DNA of 63,840 nucleotides, filler included, from Octopus bimaculoides (taxonomy: Eukaryota), in NCBI RefSeq assembly GCF_001194135.2. It is 6 parts of 6 records of this genome, joined end to end, with 100 filler letters (N's around TTAATTAATTAA, not from the genome) between each part and the next. Parts side by side here need not be neighbours in the genome. Positions count along the whole stretch, not along the records: positions 62,461 to 63,840 come from NC_068985.1; 5 more parts are not named here. The stretch is one strand, 5' to 3'. Under the pieces are notes generated by a model. It was not told the origin of the DNA, did no database searches, and was given only the letters and a program-made list of their open reading frames with translations. Shown piece after piece: positions 62,646-63,840 of this stretch. The number at the start of each line of letters is the position of its first letter. Positions within the stretch are counted from its first letter, which is position 1. The translations under genes and the position numbers were made by a program.

Positions 62646-63840
62646 GCTGCTGCTGTTGTAATCATTGAAGTCGTCATTAATGTCGGTGTCATCTTCTTCT
62701 GTCATTTTAATGAATTTTAATTACCTTTTTCTGTTGATATCTGAAAAAGAAACAGCAATTTTAGCAAAACATATTAAGCAAGACCAATGATATAGCTTCT
62801 GAACCTGCGGAGAAGAGAAATATCGATAACGTTATACACTAATTAAGTTAATCTTTTTAGAAGTAATTATATGGTAAGAAAAAAAACACATTTAGAGTTA
62901 GTAACTATGTTCACTGAGAAAGAGCTTTAGAATTTTAGTTAAGCGTACATCTACGGATGCAGTACTTAAGCGTATCATCAGCATTGCATCCTGGAGTCAT
63001 TGGATGTTTCGGCGCTTACAACATATACCTTCTTATAGATGACCCGAATTATGTTAATAAACCAAAGTGTTAGTCAATAACTATAATCATCACGAAAGCT
63101 TTACAAATTATATAATATATCTTCTGTTTCGATATAATATATCTTTTGTTTCTTTGTTGGGATGGTGAGTTATTGTTTGTGCATTCCTTGGACATGTCTG
63201 GTCGTTGCATTTTCGTATTGAAGGCGCTTACATTATAATGTTTCTCTTTAGAGGATATTTTCAAGCCCTGCAGCCATAGATGCCGTCAGTGTTTGGACTA
63301 AGTTGTTTATGTTGCAAATACAAAAACGGATGCATGTGAAAAGTTTAGGTATGTTGCGAGGTATGACAGCTTCTAGTGCAAGAGATAAGCTTTTTGCAAA
63401 TTGAGCCAGCTATCTGGTTGCAACTAAATAAGCTTAAACTACGTTGCTTGTACATATGTATCTCATCTCCGTTATCTTATAATGATACCAATGTATATAT
63501 AAGAATTCAGTAGTCTCCCAGACTGTCGGGATATGATCATATGGTTTGCATACCAAGAACTATATCTTCTCCATTAAAAAGGATGTGAATGGGATAATGG
63601 GATGGGAGAATTTTACCGAATAAATCAATTCTATAATAATTTTGGCTGACTCTCTTCCTCTCCCTCTCTCTTTCCCTCGCCCTCTCTCTCTCCCTCACTC
63701 TGTTTTGTCTCTCTGTCTCTCTCTCCCTCTCTCTCCTTTTGACTGAAAACCCAAGCAAAAAAGCCATTAATAATATAATTCAAAAGCGTGTGAGAACAGT
63801 ATCGGTCGCTCAGTACAGAATTAAATACACACACACACAT

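Noticed and set aside
62960-63020. Minus-strand GAAAC...CTGATGA with flanking complementarity (type II hammerhead-like)
   Set aside because: Stem I is essentially absent, U16.1 is replaced by C, and a competing GGATGCA/TGCATCC hairpin exists.
63252-63348. Possible + strand exon (TAG|GTATGT donor)
   Set aside because: The open frame gives no recognisable peptide, and the Cys-rich alternative frame contains a stop; insufficient support.

Overview
Eukaryotic, AT-rich, repeat-dominated window with roughly 6 kb of N gaps. It is most likely a coleoid cephalopod (Octopus-like), inferred from the tRNA/CORE-type SINE families and the dense (AAT)n, (CATA)n, (TA)n, (CA)n and (GATA)n microsatellites. 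No intact protein-coding gene is recognisable, and nearly all track ORFs are microsatellite or gap artefacts or decayed transposon frames. Recognisable elements: an internally deleted Helitron (about 1.0-4.2 kb); an inverted pair of Penelope-like RT-GIY-YIG elements (7.4-11.5 kb); five R4/Dong-type fragments, four abutting AAT repeats; a Tx1/L1 3' fragment inside (TATC)n; many RTE LINE fragments; three Tc1/mariner relics; piggyBac-like and foldback MITEs; and three tRNA-derived SINE families. The most interesting signals are RNA-level. The Penelope terminal repeat is built as tRNA-like Pol III head + (AAT)n + hammerhead ribozyme. A dispersed ~250 bp family carries a non-canonical hammerhead-like core, and there is a separate type III hammerhead candidate. 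A SINE shares its 3' tail with the Tx1 LINE. A few short candidate + strand exons with strong splice signals may belong to a host gene with very long introns. All family assignments come from manual motif recognition; no database searches were run, and repeat boundaries are approximate.
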